Assembly (NCBI GenBank): GCA_035465295.1
Contig: DATHRM010000192.1
Span: 164-64,163, forward strand
Direction of reading: 5' to 3'
Source: Woeseiaceae bacterium
Lineage (GTDB): Bacteria > Pseudomonadota > Gammaproteobacteria > Steroidobacterales > Woeseiaceae
Length of the DNA: 64,000 bases
Part shown: positions 9,647 through 19,544 of the stretch, piece after piece
How positions within the stretch are numbered: the first letter of the stretch is position 1
Layout of the letters: each line of letters opens with the position of its first letter
The notes under the pieces: generated by a model
Told to the model about the DNA's origin: nothing
Databases searched by the model: none
The model's input: only the letters and a program-made list of their open reading frames with translations
Position numbers and translations under genes: made by a program

Positions 9647-10678
9647 ATGAAACTACAACAACTCAAATACTTGCTGGCGATCGCCGACAACGGGCTGAAC
9701 ATCACGGCCGCCGCTGAACGGCTGTACACGTCGCAGCCGGGCGTGAGCAAACAGCTCAAGCTCCTCGAGGAGGAACTCGGCCTGCAGCTCTTTACCCGCA
9801 AGGGAAAAAGCCTCGGGGGCGTCACCGCGGCCGGGGAACAGGTGATCGATCGGGCACGCCTGATCATGCAGGAAGTCGAAAATATCCGCAGCCTCGCCTC
9901 CGACTACTACCACGAGGAAGAGGGCACGCTGTCCATAGCAACGACGCACACCCAGGCGCGCTACGTTCTGCCCGATGTGGTCAGGGAGTTCCGCAAACGC
10001 TACCCGCGCGTCAGCCTGAATCTGCACCAGGGCACGTCGGAGCAGATCGCCGACATGGTCGCGGCCAACGAGATCGATTTCGCGATCGCGACCGGCTCAC
10101 GGGAACTGTTCGCCGACCTGCTGCTGGTGCCGAGCTATCGCTGGGACCGGAAGATCCTGGTTCCCAACGACCATGCCCTGACCCGGCTGAAGCGCAAGCC
10201 GACGCTGCACGACCTCGCCAAGTATCCGCTGGTCACCTACGTATTCAGTTTCGGGGGACAGTCATCCCTCAAGAAAGCGTTCTCGAACGAAGGGCTCGAG
10301 CCGGACGTCGTATTTACGGCGCGCGACGCGGACGTTATCAAGACCTATGTGCGCATGGGGCTGGGCGTGGGCATCGTGGCAAGCATGGCCGAGGACTGCG
10401 ACGACAGGAAAGACCTCACGGCGATCGAGGCCGATGGCCTGTTTCCCCGCAGCACCACGTGGATCGGTTTCCGCAAGGACGCCGTCATGCGGCGCTACAT
10501 GCTGGATTTCGCGCAGCTGTTTGCCCCGCACATCACGGCCGCCCAACTCGAGGAGATGCGCCATGCCCGGTCGCAGGACGATATCGACAAGCTCTATGCG
10601 GATGCGGACCTGCCGGTTCGCGGCGGCTGTTCCGACGACCCGGACCTGCCCGAGCAGCGCACGGCGGTAGGGGCCTGA
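9647..10678 (+). CDS. cysB: LysR-family regulator, CysB-like
   Basis: MKLQQLKYL...LYTSQPGVSKQLKLLEEELG...ATTHTQARYVLP closely resembles my recollection of CysB. It is divergent from cysK. Confidence 0.8.
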   Translation: MKLQQLKYLLAIADNGLNITAAAERLYTSQPGVSKQLKLLEEELGLQLFTRKGKSLGGVTAAGEQVIDRARLIMQEVENIRSLASDYYHEEEGTLSIATTHTQARYVLPDVVREFRKRYPRVSLNLHQGTSEQIADMVAANEIDFAIATGSRELFADLLLVPSYRWDRKILVPNDHALTRLKRKPTLHDLAKYPLVTYVFSFGGQSSLKKAFSNEGLEPDVVFTARDADVIKTYVRMGLGVGIVASMAEDCDDRKDLTAIEADGLFPRSTTWIGFRKDAVMRRYMLDFAQLFAPHITAAQLEEMRHARSQDDIDKLYADADLPVRGGCSDDPDLPEQRTAVGA

Positions 10679-10688
10679 GCCCGGCGCG

Positions 10689-11276
10689 CTAGTAGATACG
10701 GACGCCGCCGTGACGCTTGCGGCTGCGATGATCCACCCACCACAGGCCGCCGAGAAAACCCGCGATCAGGCAGACGGCAATGGCGCCGCCGACCCACGTA
10801 TACGGCAGGCTGTACTGGTAGCGCTCCGCGCGACGCTGGTATTTCGCGTTGTCCTCTTCGAGGTCGTCGAGTCGCGCCCGGGCCGCCTCGAGCTCCGATT
10901 CGAGCGTCGCGGCCTGCGATTTCAGGGAGTCGATAACCGCCGCCGGCTCGGCAAATGCCGCCTTCGCCTCCTCGAGCTCCCGGGTCAGGCGTTCGACCTC
11001 CGCCTGCGCCTGGTTGACGATCAGCTTGGCGGGCGGTTCGTCGACCACGTACGCCGCCTTGACGTAGCCCTCGGTACCGTCGGCAAGCCGGACGTGGGCG
11101 TAGAGGCGGTCCCGGGACAGGATCTCGAACGCGGTGCCGCTCTCGAGCGAGCGAAACGGCCGGTCGCTGGTGTCCTCGGCCTGGTGCAGCCCGAGCATCA
11201 ATCGGTCGGTCACGTAACCCGTCTCGGCGGCTGCCAGCACCGGCAGCAGAGCGAGCAGCCCGAACAGTAATCGCAT
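10689..11276 (-). CDS. SH3-domain protein with coiled coil and C-terminal TM anchor (YgiM/TIGR04211-like)
   Basis: Signal peptide, SH3-like segment (GYV...LRSG...GYV), a long heptad region and a C-terminal hydrophobic helix. Confidence 0.7.
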   Translation of the reverse strand: MRLLFGLLALLPVLAAAETGYVTDRLMLGLHQAEDTSDRPFRSLESGTAFEILSRDRLYAHVRLADGTEGYVKAAYVVDEPPAKLIVNQAQAEVERLTRELEEAKAAFAEPAAVIDSLKSQAATLESELEAARARLDDLEEDNAKYQRRAERYQYSLPYTWVGGAIAVCLIAGFLGGLWWVDHRSRKRHGGVRIY

Positions 11277-11335
11277 ATCTGGTTCTCCCCTTGACCGCCG
11301 CGAGTTTACTACAGCATTGTCGGAAGTCTTTACAC

Positions 11336-12757
11336 TTATTGCTCGTACAGCCAGCGCAACAGGGCCACCTGCGCCTCTTCGCCCGGCCCGCGGTGCACGT
11401 CTTCGTAGTTGTGCAGCATGACGACGGAATAACGCCGTCCCGACTTTGCCTGCAAATACCCGGCAATCGCCGCGACGTGGTCGAGCGAGCCCGTCTTCAG
11501 GTGCGCCTGCCCGGTAAGATGCTTGTCGTCAAACTTGCGCCTCAGCGTGCCGTCGAGCCCTGACACCGCCATCGAGGCGAGGTACTCGGGCATGTAAGGC
11601 TTGCGCCAGGCAAACTCCAGCAGCGCGCCGAACTCCCGTGCCGACACGCGGGCTTCCCGCGACAGGCCGGCGCCGTTGTCGAGCGTAAGCGTCGGGAACT
11701 CGATGCCGGTATCGGCGAGCCAGTTCTCGACGACCTTGCGGCCGCCACTTTCGGTACCCGGCGGCCCGAGCACCTCGGCGGACAGTGTGTACAGGATCTG
11801 TCGCGCCATCACGTTGTTGCTGTTCTTGTTGACCCGGGAGATGATCTCGGCGAGCGGCAGCGACCGGAACGAGACGATGGGTTCCACGTCTTCAGGCGCT
11901 TTGGCATTCATCCACCCGCCCCGGAACTCGCCGCCGGACTCGCGCCAGACCGACGTGAACAGGCCGTATGCAAACTCGTTGTGGCTCAGTGCGGTGCGAT
12001 CCATTGCGTAACTTTTGCAGCCCGCCGGGAAACGGCCGCTGAATATCATCTTGTCGATGGCCTCGTTCGCGGTAATGGTAATGCCCCGCTGGTAACCGCC
12101 GCAGTAGCCGCGGCGCAGCGCCAGCCGGTTTTCCACCCGCAGGTTCTCGAGCGGCGGGTCGAGCCACACGCGCACCGCGTTGCGATCATGATCGGGCTCG
12201 AACCAGTAACGCACGACCTTGAAGTTCATCAGCAAGGCATTCGGGCCGACGTTGTAGGCGCGCAGCGGCTGACGGTCGAATTCCGCGGGGTCGTGCTCCG
12301 GAACTTCGAAATAACTGTCGTCGATCAACAGGTTGCCGTCTATCTCGTGAATCCCGGCCTGCCGCACGAGTCGCAGCATCTGCCATACGCGCTCGGTAAC
12401 CAGGAACGGATCCCCGCTGCCGCGAATCAGCAGGTCGCCGTCCAGGCGGCCATCCTCGACCTCCCCGAGGGCGAAAACATCGGTGGTCCACCGGTAGTTC
12501 CGGCCAAGCGTGTCGAGGCCGACGAGTGTCGTCAGCAGCTTCATCGTCGATGCCGGATTGCGCGGCACGTCGTCCTGCCAGCTCAGCACGACCTCCCCGC
12601 TGTCGACGTCCTGGACGTAGACGCTGAGAGAATCGTGCGGCACCTTGCGGATGTCGAGGATATGGCGAACCGGCTGAGGCAGTTCTGTCTGCTCCGCGAT
12701 TGCGAGTGACACGAGGCTGCCAAACAGCAGCAAGCCGAGAATTGGCCTGTACTTCAT
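11336..12757 (-). CDS. dacB: D-alanyl-D-alanine carboxypeptidase/endopeptidase (PBP4, peptidase S13)
   Basis: PASTMKLLTT (SxxK) motif and signal peptide MKYRPILGLLLFG. I chose the internal ATG at 12757. Confidence 0.85.
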   Translation of the reverse strand: MKYRPILGLLLFGSLVSLAIAEQTELPQPVRHILDIRKVPHDSLSVYVQDVDSGEVVLSWQDDVPRNPASTMKLLTTLVGLDTLGRNYRWTTDVFALGEVEDGRLDGDLLIRGSGDPFLVTERVWQMLRLVRQAGIHEIDGNLLIDDSYFEVPEHDPAEFDRQPLRAYNVGPNALLMNFKVVRYWFEPDHDRNAVRVWLDPPLENLRVENRLALRRGYCGGYQRGITITANEAIDKMIFSGRFPAGCKSYAMDRTALSHNEFAYGLFTSVWRESGGEFRGGWMNAKAPEDVEPIVSFRSLPLAEIISRVNKNSNNVMARQILYTLSAEVLGPPGTESGGRKVVENWLADTGIEFPTLTLDNGAGLSREARVSAREFGALLEFAWRKPYMPEYLASMAVSGLDGTLRRKFDDKHLTGQAHLKTGSLDHVAAIAGYLQAKSGRRYSVVMLHNYEDVHRGPGEEAQVALLRWLYEQ

Positions 12758-12770
12758 ACGTCGTCTTTTG

Positions 12771-13463
12771 CTAGTCGAATTGTTGTTGCTGCAACGCGCG
12801 CCTGGCTGCGCGCTGCACGATCCAGATGACGGCGGCGATGGCGACGATTGCGACGGCCGCAATCCAGTAGGCACCGCTGGCCGGACGAATGTCGCCGGCG
12901 AGAATCGCGCCGAAATCATCCGCGAGGGTCCCAAGATATACGTACAGGAGCACGGCAGGCAACATACCCAGCGCGGTCGCCGCCACGAAGGTGGCCGGCC
13001 TGACGCGCGTCAGCCCGAATGCGTAGTTGAGCACGTTGAACGGCAGAACGATGGCGAAGCGCGTCAGGAAGACGACATAGAACGATTGCGCGTTGACGGC
13101 GTCGTCGAGAGCCTTGAGCCTCAGGTTGTCGCCCAGGCGTTGCTCGACCCAGGAGCGCCCCAGGGCCCGGCCCGCGAGGAATGCGCCGAAGGCGCCGCCT
13201 GTAATACCGAGAAGCGCAAAAGGCAGGCCGGGCAACAAACCGAACAGGAGCCCTCCCAGCATCATGGAAATCCAACCCGGAAAAAGCGCCACCGTCGCGA
13301 CGGTCACTGCGCCGACGTAAGCAACGGGGACGGCGACCGGGTATTGCTCGTTCAACGCGGCGAGCCGCTGCAGCCACTCGGTGACGGGCAGTGTGCGAAA
13401 CAGGATTGCAAACACCAGGATTCCCGCCACCACGAGGAGGCGATTGATCGTGGCGCGCGTCAT
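12771..13463 (-). CDS. TVP38/TMEM64 (DedA-related) membrane protein
   Basis: Multi-TM protein with ...FPGWISMMLGGLLFG...GAFLAGRALGR..., typical of the SNARE-associated family. Confidence 0.75.
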   Translation of the reverse strand: MTRATINRLLVVAGILVFAILFRTLPVTEWLQRLAALNEQYPVAVPVAYVGAVTVATVALFPGWISMMLGGLLFGLLPGLPFALLGITGGAFGAFLAGRALGRSWVEQRLGDNLRLKALDDAVNAQSFYVVFLTRFAIVLPFNVLNYAFGLTRVRPATFVAATALGMLPAVLLYVYLGTLADDFGAILAGDIRPASGAYWIAAVAIVAIAAVIWIVQRAARRALQQQQFD

Positions 13464-15271
13464 CGGCGCGGTCGCCTGCCCGGCTTGCGGATGCCAAGGG
13501 TCCGAACCCGGTCGGCAAGGGTGGTCGGCTTGATGCCCAGCAGATCGGCGGCCCCGCCAGGGCCGGAAACCCGCCAGTTCGCATGCTTCAGCGCGGCGAT
13601 CGTGTTGTTCTTCTGGAACTCGCGCATTTCCTGTTCGGTGAGAAACCCGGCATCGGCGGACGAATCGGCCGCCATGTCGGGGCCGTTCGTTGCCGCTTCG
13701 GGCAACGAGGCTTCGAGTCGCAGGACGTTGCCGCGCGACAGGATCACCGCCCGCTCTATGACGTTCTTGAGCTCGCGCACGTTGCCGGGCCAGTCATAGG
13801 CTCGCAGCTTGTTGGCCTGTCCGCGTGTCAGCGTCATGGGCTCGCGACCGAAATCCTTGCAGGTCTTGGTGAGGAACTCCTGGGCGAGTTGAATAACATC
13901 GTCGCCCCTGTCGCGCAATGGCGGCACCTCGATCGGGAACACGCTGAGCCTGTAAAACAGGTCTTCGCGGAAATGGCCGTCGACGATCTGCCGCTCGAGA
14001 TCCCGGTTCGTCGCCGCGATCACGCGGACGTCGACCGAACGCGTTACGTCGTCGCCGACGCGCTCGAATTCGCTTTCCTGCAGGACGCGCAGAAGCTTGC
14101 CCTGCAGCTCGAGCGGTATTTCGCTGACTTCGTCGAGGAATATCGTGCCGCCATCGGCCAGCTGGAAACGGCCGATGCGGTCGCGGTGCGCACCCGTGAA
14201 TGCGCCTTTCACGTGGCCGAAGAATTCGCTCTCGAACAGTTCCTTCGGAATCGATGCGCAGTTGACCTTGACGAGCGTCCCCTCGGAACGTGAACTTCGC
14301 GCGTGGATCGCGTGCGCAACCAGCTCCTTGCCGACTCCCGATTCACCCTGCAGCAGCACGGTCGCCGGTGTGCCGGCGACAGCCTCGACGCGTTTCAGCA
14401 TGCGCCGCAGCGCGGGGCTGGTGCCGACGATCCGGCCCATGTTCATCGCGACATTGACTTCTTCGCGGAGATAATCGCGCTCCTGCTCCAGTTCCTCGCG
14501 CAGCCGGGCGTTTTCTGCAAGCGTGCGGCGCAGCCGCCGTTCTGCGTGCTTGCGTTCGGTGACGTCCTTCGACGCCACGAGCAACTGGTCGACATTGCCC
14601 CGGCTGTCGCGGTGGGAGATGGACGACATGACGATATCGAGGACGCGCCCGTCCTTCGTGACCATCTGGCGGTCGACGTTGGTGAACTCACCGCGGTTGA
14701 TGGCTTCGGCAAGACGGGTACCGGAAAACCGCCGCCGGTCCGCTTCACTGTAGAAATCGGTCACCGGCCGCCCGAGTACCTCTTCGCGGCTGTAACCCAG
14801 TTTTTGCAGCCAGTGGTCGGTGACCGTCTGGATGTGCCCGTCGGCATCCAGCGTATGCAGCATCGCGGGCGTGGAGCGGTACAGATCGCGATACTTGAAC
14901 GCGGCACGGGCCTGGTCGGTAATCTCCGCGTACATCGCGATCGTGCGCAGAAACCTGCCCTGGGGATCGTATTCGATGATCGCATCACTCAGGCAGTCGA
15001 CGACTTCGCCGGCTTTGGTGACAAAGGTGACCGGCTTGCCTTCCAGTTTGCCGGTTCGCCGCAGCGCCGGGCGGAACTCGTCCTCGATGCGCCGCGCACT
15101 CTCGGCCGTAACGAATTCGAGCGGCCGCCGCCCGATCATTTCCTCGCGCGCGAAGCCCAGCCGCCGTTCGAACGCGTCATTGACGTCGAGGAATCTGCCC
15201 TCCTGGTCGATCGCCGTCGCCATGGCCGGTGCCTTGCGAAACAGCCACTGGTAGTCGTCGTTCCTGCTCAT
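13460..15271 (-). CDS. Sigma-54-dependent transcriptional activator with two PAS domains
   Basis: Two PAS-like N-terminal repeats, an AAA+ core with GESGVGKE Walker A, the GAFTGA motif, ESEFERVG, and a C-terminal Fis-type HTH. Confidence 0.9.
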   Translation of the reverse strand: MSRNDDYQWLFRKAPAMATAIDQEGRFLDVNDAFERRLGFAREEMIGRRPLEFVTAESARRIEDEFRPALRRTGKLEGKPVTFVTKAGEVVDCLSDAIIEYDPQGRFLRTIAMYAEITDQARAAFKYRDLYRSTPAMLHTLDADGHIQTVTDHWLQKLGYSREEVLGRPVTDFYSEADRRRFSGTRLAEAINRGEFTNVDRQMVTKDGRVLDIVMSSISHRDSRGNVDQLLVASKDVTERKHAERRLRRTLAENARLREELEQERDYLREEVNVAMNMGRIVGTSPALRRMLKRVEAVAGTPATVLLQGESGVGKELVAHAIHARSSRSEGTLVKVNCASIPKELFESEFFGHVKGAFTGAHRDRIGRFQLADGGTIFLDEVSEIPLELQGKLLRVLQESEFERVGDDVTRSVDVRVIAATNRDLERQIVDGHFREDLFYRLSVFPIEVPPLRDRGDDVIQLAQEFLTKTCKDFGREPMTLTRGQANKLRAYDWPGNVRELKNVIERAVILSRGNVLRLEASLPEAATNGPDMAADSSADAGFLTEQEMREFQKNNTIAALKHANWRVSGPGGAADLLGIKPTTLADRVRTLGIRKPGRRPRR

Positions 15272-15283
15272 CGCGCGAGTCTA

Positions 15284-15336
15284 TACGAAATTTCGTAATT
15301 GTCGATACGACTTTTCGTTATTTACGATTTTCCGTA
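15284..15336. promoter_or_regulatory. Three inverted-repeat sites TACG-N6-CGTA, candidate enhancer (UAS) for the adjacent activator
   Basis: TACGAAATTTCGTA (15284-15297, perfect 14-bp palindrome), TACGACTTTTCGTT (15306-15319) and TACGATTTTCCGTA (15323-15336). They lie about 50-100 bp upstream of the -24/-12 element. Confidence 0.6.
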
Positions 15337-15383
15337 ACTGCATTTATTTCACTAAGTGCCTGTCTTTAAAGCCTTTTCAAAGT

Positions 15384-15399
15384 TGGCACGACTCCTGCA
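15384..15399 (+). promoter_or_regulatory. Sigma-54 (-24/-12) promoter
   Basis: TGGCACGACTCCTGCA against the consensus TGGCACG-N4-TTGCW. The GG (15385-86) and GC (15397-98) are at canonical spacing. Confidence 0.7.
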
Positions 15400-15466
15400 A
15401 CAGGGTTTAATAATTAGACCTGTCCGGCCCGCAGGGAACCCGGCTTTACCACAAGGAGTGATGTCG

Positions 15467-15559
15467 ATGAAGGACTACAAAGAGGAGGGACTTGCGCTGG
15501 CAGGCATGCTGGTCGTGCTGCTCGGCGTGATGTTCGCAGCAGCCGCTACCGTTGCCTGA
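15467..15559 (+). CDS. 30-aa single-pass hydrophobic micro-protein (MKDYKEEGLALAGMLVVLLGVMFAAAATVA)
   Basis: AAGGAG at 15453-15458 lies 8 nt upstream of the ATG at 15467. It is the only ORF downstream of the sigma-54 promoter. An alternative ATG at 15461 is too close to the SD. Confidence 0.45.
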   Translation: MKDYKEEGLALAGMLVVLLGVMFAAAATVA

Positions 15560-15883
15560 GGCATCGGCGGCAAGAAGCGGTGCCAGCCGCCCTTGATATC
15601 GGGGCCGGCGGCCGCACATAAGTCAGGGATTGCGAGGGGTATGGCCCCCGCAATTCGAATGAACCCCCTGAGGTGGGTCGCGGCCGGGTATCTCTCCCCC
15701 TACAGCCCGGTCCGCAAGCCGCCTCGCACGATGCCGGCGGGATTGCCGGCGAAACAGGACCAGGAAGGTCCGGCGGCACCCCCCCTGCCGCTAAACCTGG
15801 GCGCCGGAGTCCGCTCCGTGTCGGATCGGCCCGCTGGATCGACTATCGAATACAGCACTCCGGCGCCTTCTTTTTACCGGATC

Positions 15884-16204
15884 TCATGGCTCTCCGCGCC
15901 CTGCCTGATCGCGATGACGTTCTGCCCGCGAGGCATGATATTTCGAGTTCTGGTGGCTGATACTCTCGCGCACCTTGCGCAGCCAGATTCGTGCCCAGGC
16001 GAACTCGGCACCAAGAATGGCCAACCCGATCGGGATGACGACGAGCCCCGGGCCCGGCGTTACGAGCATGACGATGCCGAACAGCACGACCGTCGATCCA
16101 ACCGCCAGCACGACAATGCGGCGGGCCGTCTTGTACGTGACTTTCACAGCTTCTCGAAGCACGCCGTGCTCCCTCGATTCGCCTGTGGTGAAGATTACCA
16201 CCAA
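15884..16204 (-). CDS. PGPGW-domain membrane protein
   Basis: LVTPGPGLVVIPIGLAILGAEFAWARIWL matches the PGPGW transmembrane family signature. Starts are TTG 16204 or GTG 16201. Confidence 0.7.
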   Translation of the reverse strand: MVVIFTTGESREHGVLREAVKVTYKTARRIVVLAVGSTVVLFGIVMLVTPGPGLVVIPIGLAILGAEFAWARIWLRKVRESISHQNSKYHASRAERHRDQAGRGEP

Positions 16205-16245
16205 TCGATTTCCTATAATCCGGGCGTTGCCGCAGGAGACATTGC

Positions 16246-16743
16246 ATGCTGACCCACTTCATACTGCTGCCCGGCCTTTACTTCGTATTCACGGAGGTGG
16301 ACCGGTTGCGCATCCATGCCGAGCCGGCCTTGGCCGTACTCACGGTGCAGCAGGGAGGTCGCACGCTCGTGAATATGCCGGAGCTCGAGTTCCGGCTGAG
16401 CATCTCCCCGCATTGCGCGCGAAACGGCCAGCCCGAGTCGCTGTCGATTACGATCGCGGATACGCAAAGGACCTTGCGCCGTGAGGCCCTGCAGTCCGCG
16501 ACATCGATCGAAGTTTCGATGCGCGTTTCGGCAAACCAGCTCGCGCCGTTCGCAATGCGGGGTTTCTGCGTGGACCCGGCCTCGGAAGGCCGGTCGATGC
16601 TGCTGAGAGCGCCGCTCGCCGCGCAGGCTTCGCTTCGATGCACGCGCGACGAACAACAGTCGATCGTGTTCGCGGCCGAACCGCTCGACATCAGGGTGGA
16701 CTGCTTGCGCTCCGCCGCGACGGCCGAGCCGGCGCGCGACTAG
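16246..16743 (+). CDS. Hypothetical protein
   Basis: AGGAGA lies 6 nt upstream of the ATG at 16246. 165 aa with no motif I recognise. Confidence 0.5.
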   Translation: MLTHFILLPGLYFVFTEVDRLRIHAEPALAVLTVQQGGRTLVNMPELEFRLSISPHCARNGQPESLSITIADTQRTLRREALQSATSIEVSMRVSANQLAPFAMRGFCVDPASEGRSMLLRAPLAAQASLRCTRDEQQSIVFAAEPLDIRVDCLRSAATAEPARD

Positions 16744-17648
16744 CCCGGGTCCGCGGCGAGATGCTCGCGTAGAAATTCCAGTGTGCGTTCCCACGCGTCG
16801 TCGGCATAGCCGGCATTGAAGTTGTTGCCACTCGGATTGGCAAACGCGTGGCCGGCGCCTTCGTAGACCTGGATCTCGTAATCTTTACCCAGGCGCTCCA
16901 ACGTCTCCTCGAAACGCCGCACAGACTCGAGCTTGATACCGCGGTCTTCGGACCCGAACAAACCGAGAATCGGCACCTCCAGCGCAGCAAGCCTGTCTTC
17001 GTCGTCGGTGACCTGGCCGTAGTAGATAACAGCGGCGTCGAGTTCCTCCGGAAACAGCAGCGCCGTGTTGAGCGACCAGCCGCCACCGAAGCACCAGCCG
17101 AGCGAAGCCACGCGCGGCGCGCCCGCCGTATCCGTGACGAATGCATAGGCCTGCTTGAGATTCGACCTGAGCGAGTCGCTATTCTCCACGGCCCGCAGCA
17201 TCAGCTGCCGCGCCGCCCCGGGTGTCGTCGCCACTTCGCCCCCGAAGAGATCGACCGCAAGAACGATATAGCCTTCGGCTGCAAGCCGCTCGGCCATCAC
17301 CCGGATATTGTCGTTCAGGCCCCACCATTCATGGATCATGATGACCGCCGGCAGCGGCTCGATCATGTCGGAAGGAAATGCGAAATGACCGTAGACGAGC
17401 TCGTCGTCGACTTCGGCGTAAGCGAGACGCTCTGCCGTTACCTCGCGCTGCGGTTCGACCTGCGCCGCCTTGCTCGGCTCCGCCGTATCGTCGGCGTGCT
17501 CGCGGGCCATCGCCTCGACGTTCGCGACGGCAGCCTCCTCTTCGCCCACTGCCGGACCTGTTTCCGTGCGGCCGCAGGCGGCAAGAATGCAAAAGCTGAG
17601 TAACTGGGCCGCGACGATTGCGCCGCGCCCCGGCATGCAGTAGCTCAT
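16740..17648 (-). CDS. Dienelactone hydrolase family lipoprotein
   Basis: Lipobox ILAACG after MSYCMPGRG, then IHEWWGLN and GWCFGG nucleophile-elbow motifs. I chose the internal ATG at 17648. Confidence 0.85.
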   Translation of the reverse strand: MSYCMPGRGAIVAAQLLSFCILAACGRTETGPAVGEEEAAVANVEAMAREHADDTAEPSKAAQVEPQREVTAERLAYAEVDDELVYGHFAFPSDMIEPLPAVIMIHEWWGLNDNIRVMAERLAAEGYIVLAVDLFGGEVATTPGAARQLMLRAVENSDSLRSNLKQAYAFVTDTAGAPRVASLGWCFGGGWSLNTALLFPEELDAAVIYYGQVTDDEDRLAALEVPILGLFGSEDRGIKLESVRRFEETLERLGKDYEIQVYEGAGHAFANPSGNNFNAGYADDAWERTLEFLREHLAADPG

Positions 17649-17672
17649 AGGACGATCCCGGGTATTTTCGCT

Positions 17673-17736
17673 CAGTGTAATGGAAAACCAGCGCCTGTCG
17701 AAGGACTCGCGGCGTCTTCCGGCTGCCATTACACTG
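17673..17736. repeat. Perfect 11-bp inverted repeat CAGTGTAATGG / CCATTACACTG separated by 42 nt
   Basis: Arms at 17673-17683 and 17726-17736 in the divergent hydrolase/Kef intergenic region. The spacer contains a nested CGCC...GGCG pairing. Confidence 0.6.
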
Positions 17737-17768
17737 CGGACTTCATTGGCACGGATCGCGGCATCAGC

Positions 17769-19541
17769 GTGACAATTCTCCAGGAATCCATCATCTACCT
17801 GCTTGCGGCGATCATCAGCGTGCCGATCAGCAAACGCCTGGGTTTCGGCTCCGTGCTCGGCTACCTGTGCGCCGGGATACTGATCGGACCGTTCGGCCTG
17901 GGCTTCATCCATGAGCCCGAGCATATCCTGCACTTCGCGGAACTCGGTGTCGTGTTCCTGCTGTTCATCATTGGCCTCGAACTCAAGCCGACCCGGTTAT
18001 GGGTCATGCGCAAGATGGTTTTCGGCCTGGGCACCGCACAGGTGCTGGTCAGCGCGGCGCTGATTGCGGCACTGGTGTGGCTGTACGGCCTCGAAGCCGG
18101 GACCTCGGTCGTCATCGGGCTCATCCTGGCGCTCTCGTCGACCGCCTTCGTGCTGCAGATGCTGGCGGAGAAGAAGCAGCTGAACAGCCAGTACGGCCGC
18201 GCGGCGTTCTCGATCCTGCTGCTCCAGGATCTCGCCGTCATACCGCTCATTGCGATACTGCCGCTGCTCGGTACCACGGCCGGGCTCGACAGCGGCTTCG
18301 ACACTCGAGAACTCGTGGTGATGATCGGCACGCTCGTCCTGCTGATCGTCGGCGGGCGCCTTGCCCTCAAGCCCGTCCTGAAATCGGTTGCGGCCGCAGG
18401 AATCCCGGAGCTGTTTACGGCCACCGCGTTGCTCGTCGTCATCGGCTCTGCCCTGCTCATGGAATTCGCCGGCATGTCGATGGTACTCGGCGCGTTCATC
18501 GCGGGCATGCTGCTGGCCGATTCGGAATACCGGCACCAGCTCGAAGCCGATATCGCACCATTCAAGGGCTTGCTGCTGGGGCTTTTCTTCATCGCGGTCG
18601 GTATGTCGGTCAACATCAGCCTGCTGCTGGAAGTGCCAGGCAGGATCCTGCTGTTTGTCGCCGGTCTCATGCTCTCCAAAGCCGTGGTGCTCTTCGTCCT
18701 TGCGAGGATGTTCGGCATATGCGACCGGCGCAACGCGCTGAGTCTCGCCACGGTCATGTCGCAGGGCGGGGAGTTTGCATTCGTGCTGTTCGCGCTGGCG
18801 GCGCGCGAGCGCCTCGTGCCGGCCGCCCTGATCGACGAGCTGATACTGGCCGTGGCCGTGTCGATGCTCCTGACGCCCTTCGTGTACCTGCTCAACGAGC
18901 GCTTCGGGTCGAAGCTCGGCAAGCCGGAAGCGCCCCCGTTCGACGAGATTCCCGAGGAGCATCACGACGTCATCATCGCCGGATTCGGGCGCGTCGGACA
19001 GATCGTGGGAAGGCTGCTGCAGAGCATCAACAGACCGTTTACCGCGCTCGAAATCGATTCCTCCCAGGTCGATATCGTGCGCCGTTACGGCAACAGCGTG
19101 CATTTCGGCGATGCGGCCCGGCCCGAAGTCCTGCGAGCGGCCGGTGCGGCGCACGCCAGGATACTGGTGCTGGCAACGGCCGACATGGAAACGTCGCTGC
19201 ACATCGCCGAGACGGCCAAGCGCCAGTTCCCGAACCTCGCGATAATCGCACGCGCGCACAACCGCCGGCATGCACACAAGCTCATGGACGTCGGCGTGGA
19301 CAAGATCTTTCGCGACACGTTGTTGTCGAGTCTCGCGATGGGCGAAAGCGTCCTTGAAAAACTCGGGTTCGACGAAACTGACGTGCGCCGCGTATCCGGC
19401 GTGTTCCGTGATGCCGACGAAAAGCTGCTCATCGAGCAATACGCGATGCACGAATCCGAGGAAAAGCTGATCCAGTCGGCAAAAGACGCGGCCCGGGAAC
19501 TGGAGGCGATTCTCGAGCAGGACCTGCGGCGGCAAGGCTGA
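17769..19541 (+). CDS. Glutathione-regulated K+ efflux / CPA2 cation:proton antiporter (KefB/KefC-like) with RCK domain
   Basis: N-terminus ...VPISKRLGFGSVLGYLCAGILIGPFGLGFI, multi-TM core, C-terminal VIIAGFGRVGQ Rossmann (TrkA-N). GTG start. Confidence 0.9.
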   Translation: MTILQESIIYLLAAIISVPISKRLGFGSVLGYLCAGILIGPFGLGFIHEPEHILHFAELGVVFLLFIIGLELKPTRLWVMRKMVFGLGTAQVLVSAALIAALVWLYGLEAGTSVVIGLILALSSTAFVLQMLAEKKQLNSQYGRAAFSILLLQDLAVIPLIAILPLLGTTAGLDSGFDTRELVVMIGTLVLLIVGGRLALKPVLKSVAAAGIPELFTATALLVVIGSALLMEFAGMSMVLGAFIAGMLLADSEYRHQLEADIAPFKGLLLGLFFIAVGMSVNISLLLEVPGRILLFVAGLMLSKAVVLFVLARMFGICDRRNALSLATVMSQGGEFAFVLFALAARERLVPAALIDELILAVAVSMLLTPFVYLLNERFGSKLGKPEAPPFDEIPEEHHDVIIAGFGRVGQIVGRLLQSINRPFTALEIDSSQVDIVRRYGNSVHFGDAARPEVLRAAGAAHARILVLATADMETSLHIAETAKRQFPNLAIIARAHNRRHAHKLMDVGVDKIFRDTLLSSLAMGESVLEKLGFDETDVRRVSGVFRDADEKLLIEQYAMHESEEKLIQSAKDAARELEAILEQDLRRQG

Positions 19542-19544
19542 CGC

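Noticed and set aside
15593-16252. 219-aa plus-strand ORF downstream of the sigma-54 promoter
   Set aside because: It overlaps the motif-supported PGPGW gene on the opposite strand, is Pro/Arg/Ala-rich, and has no SD. I treat 15560-15883 as non-coding.
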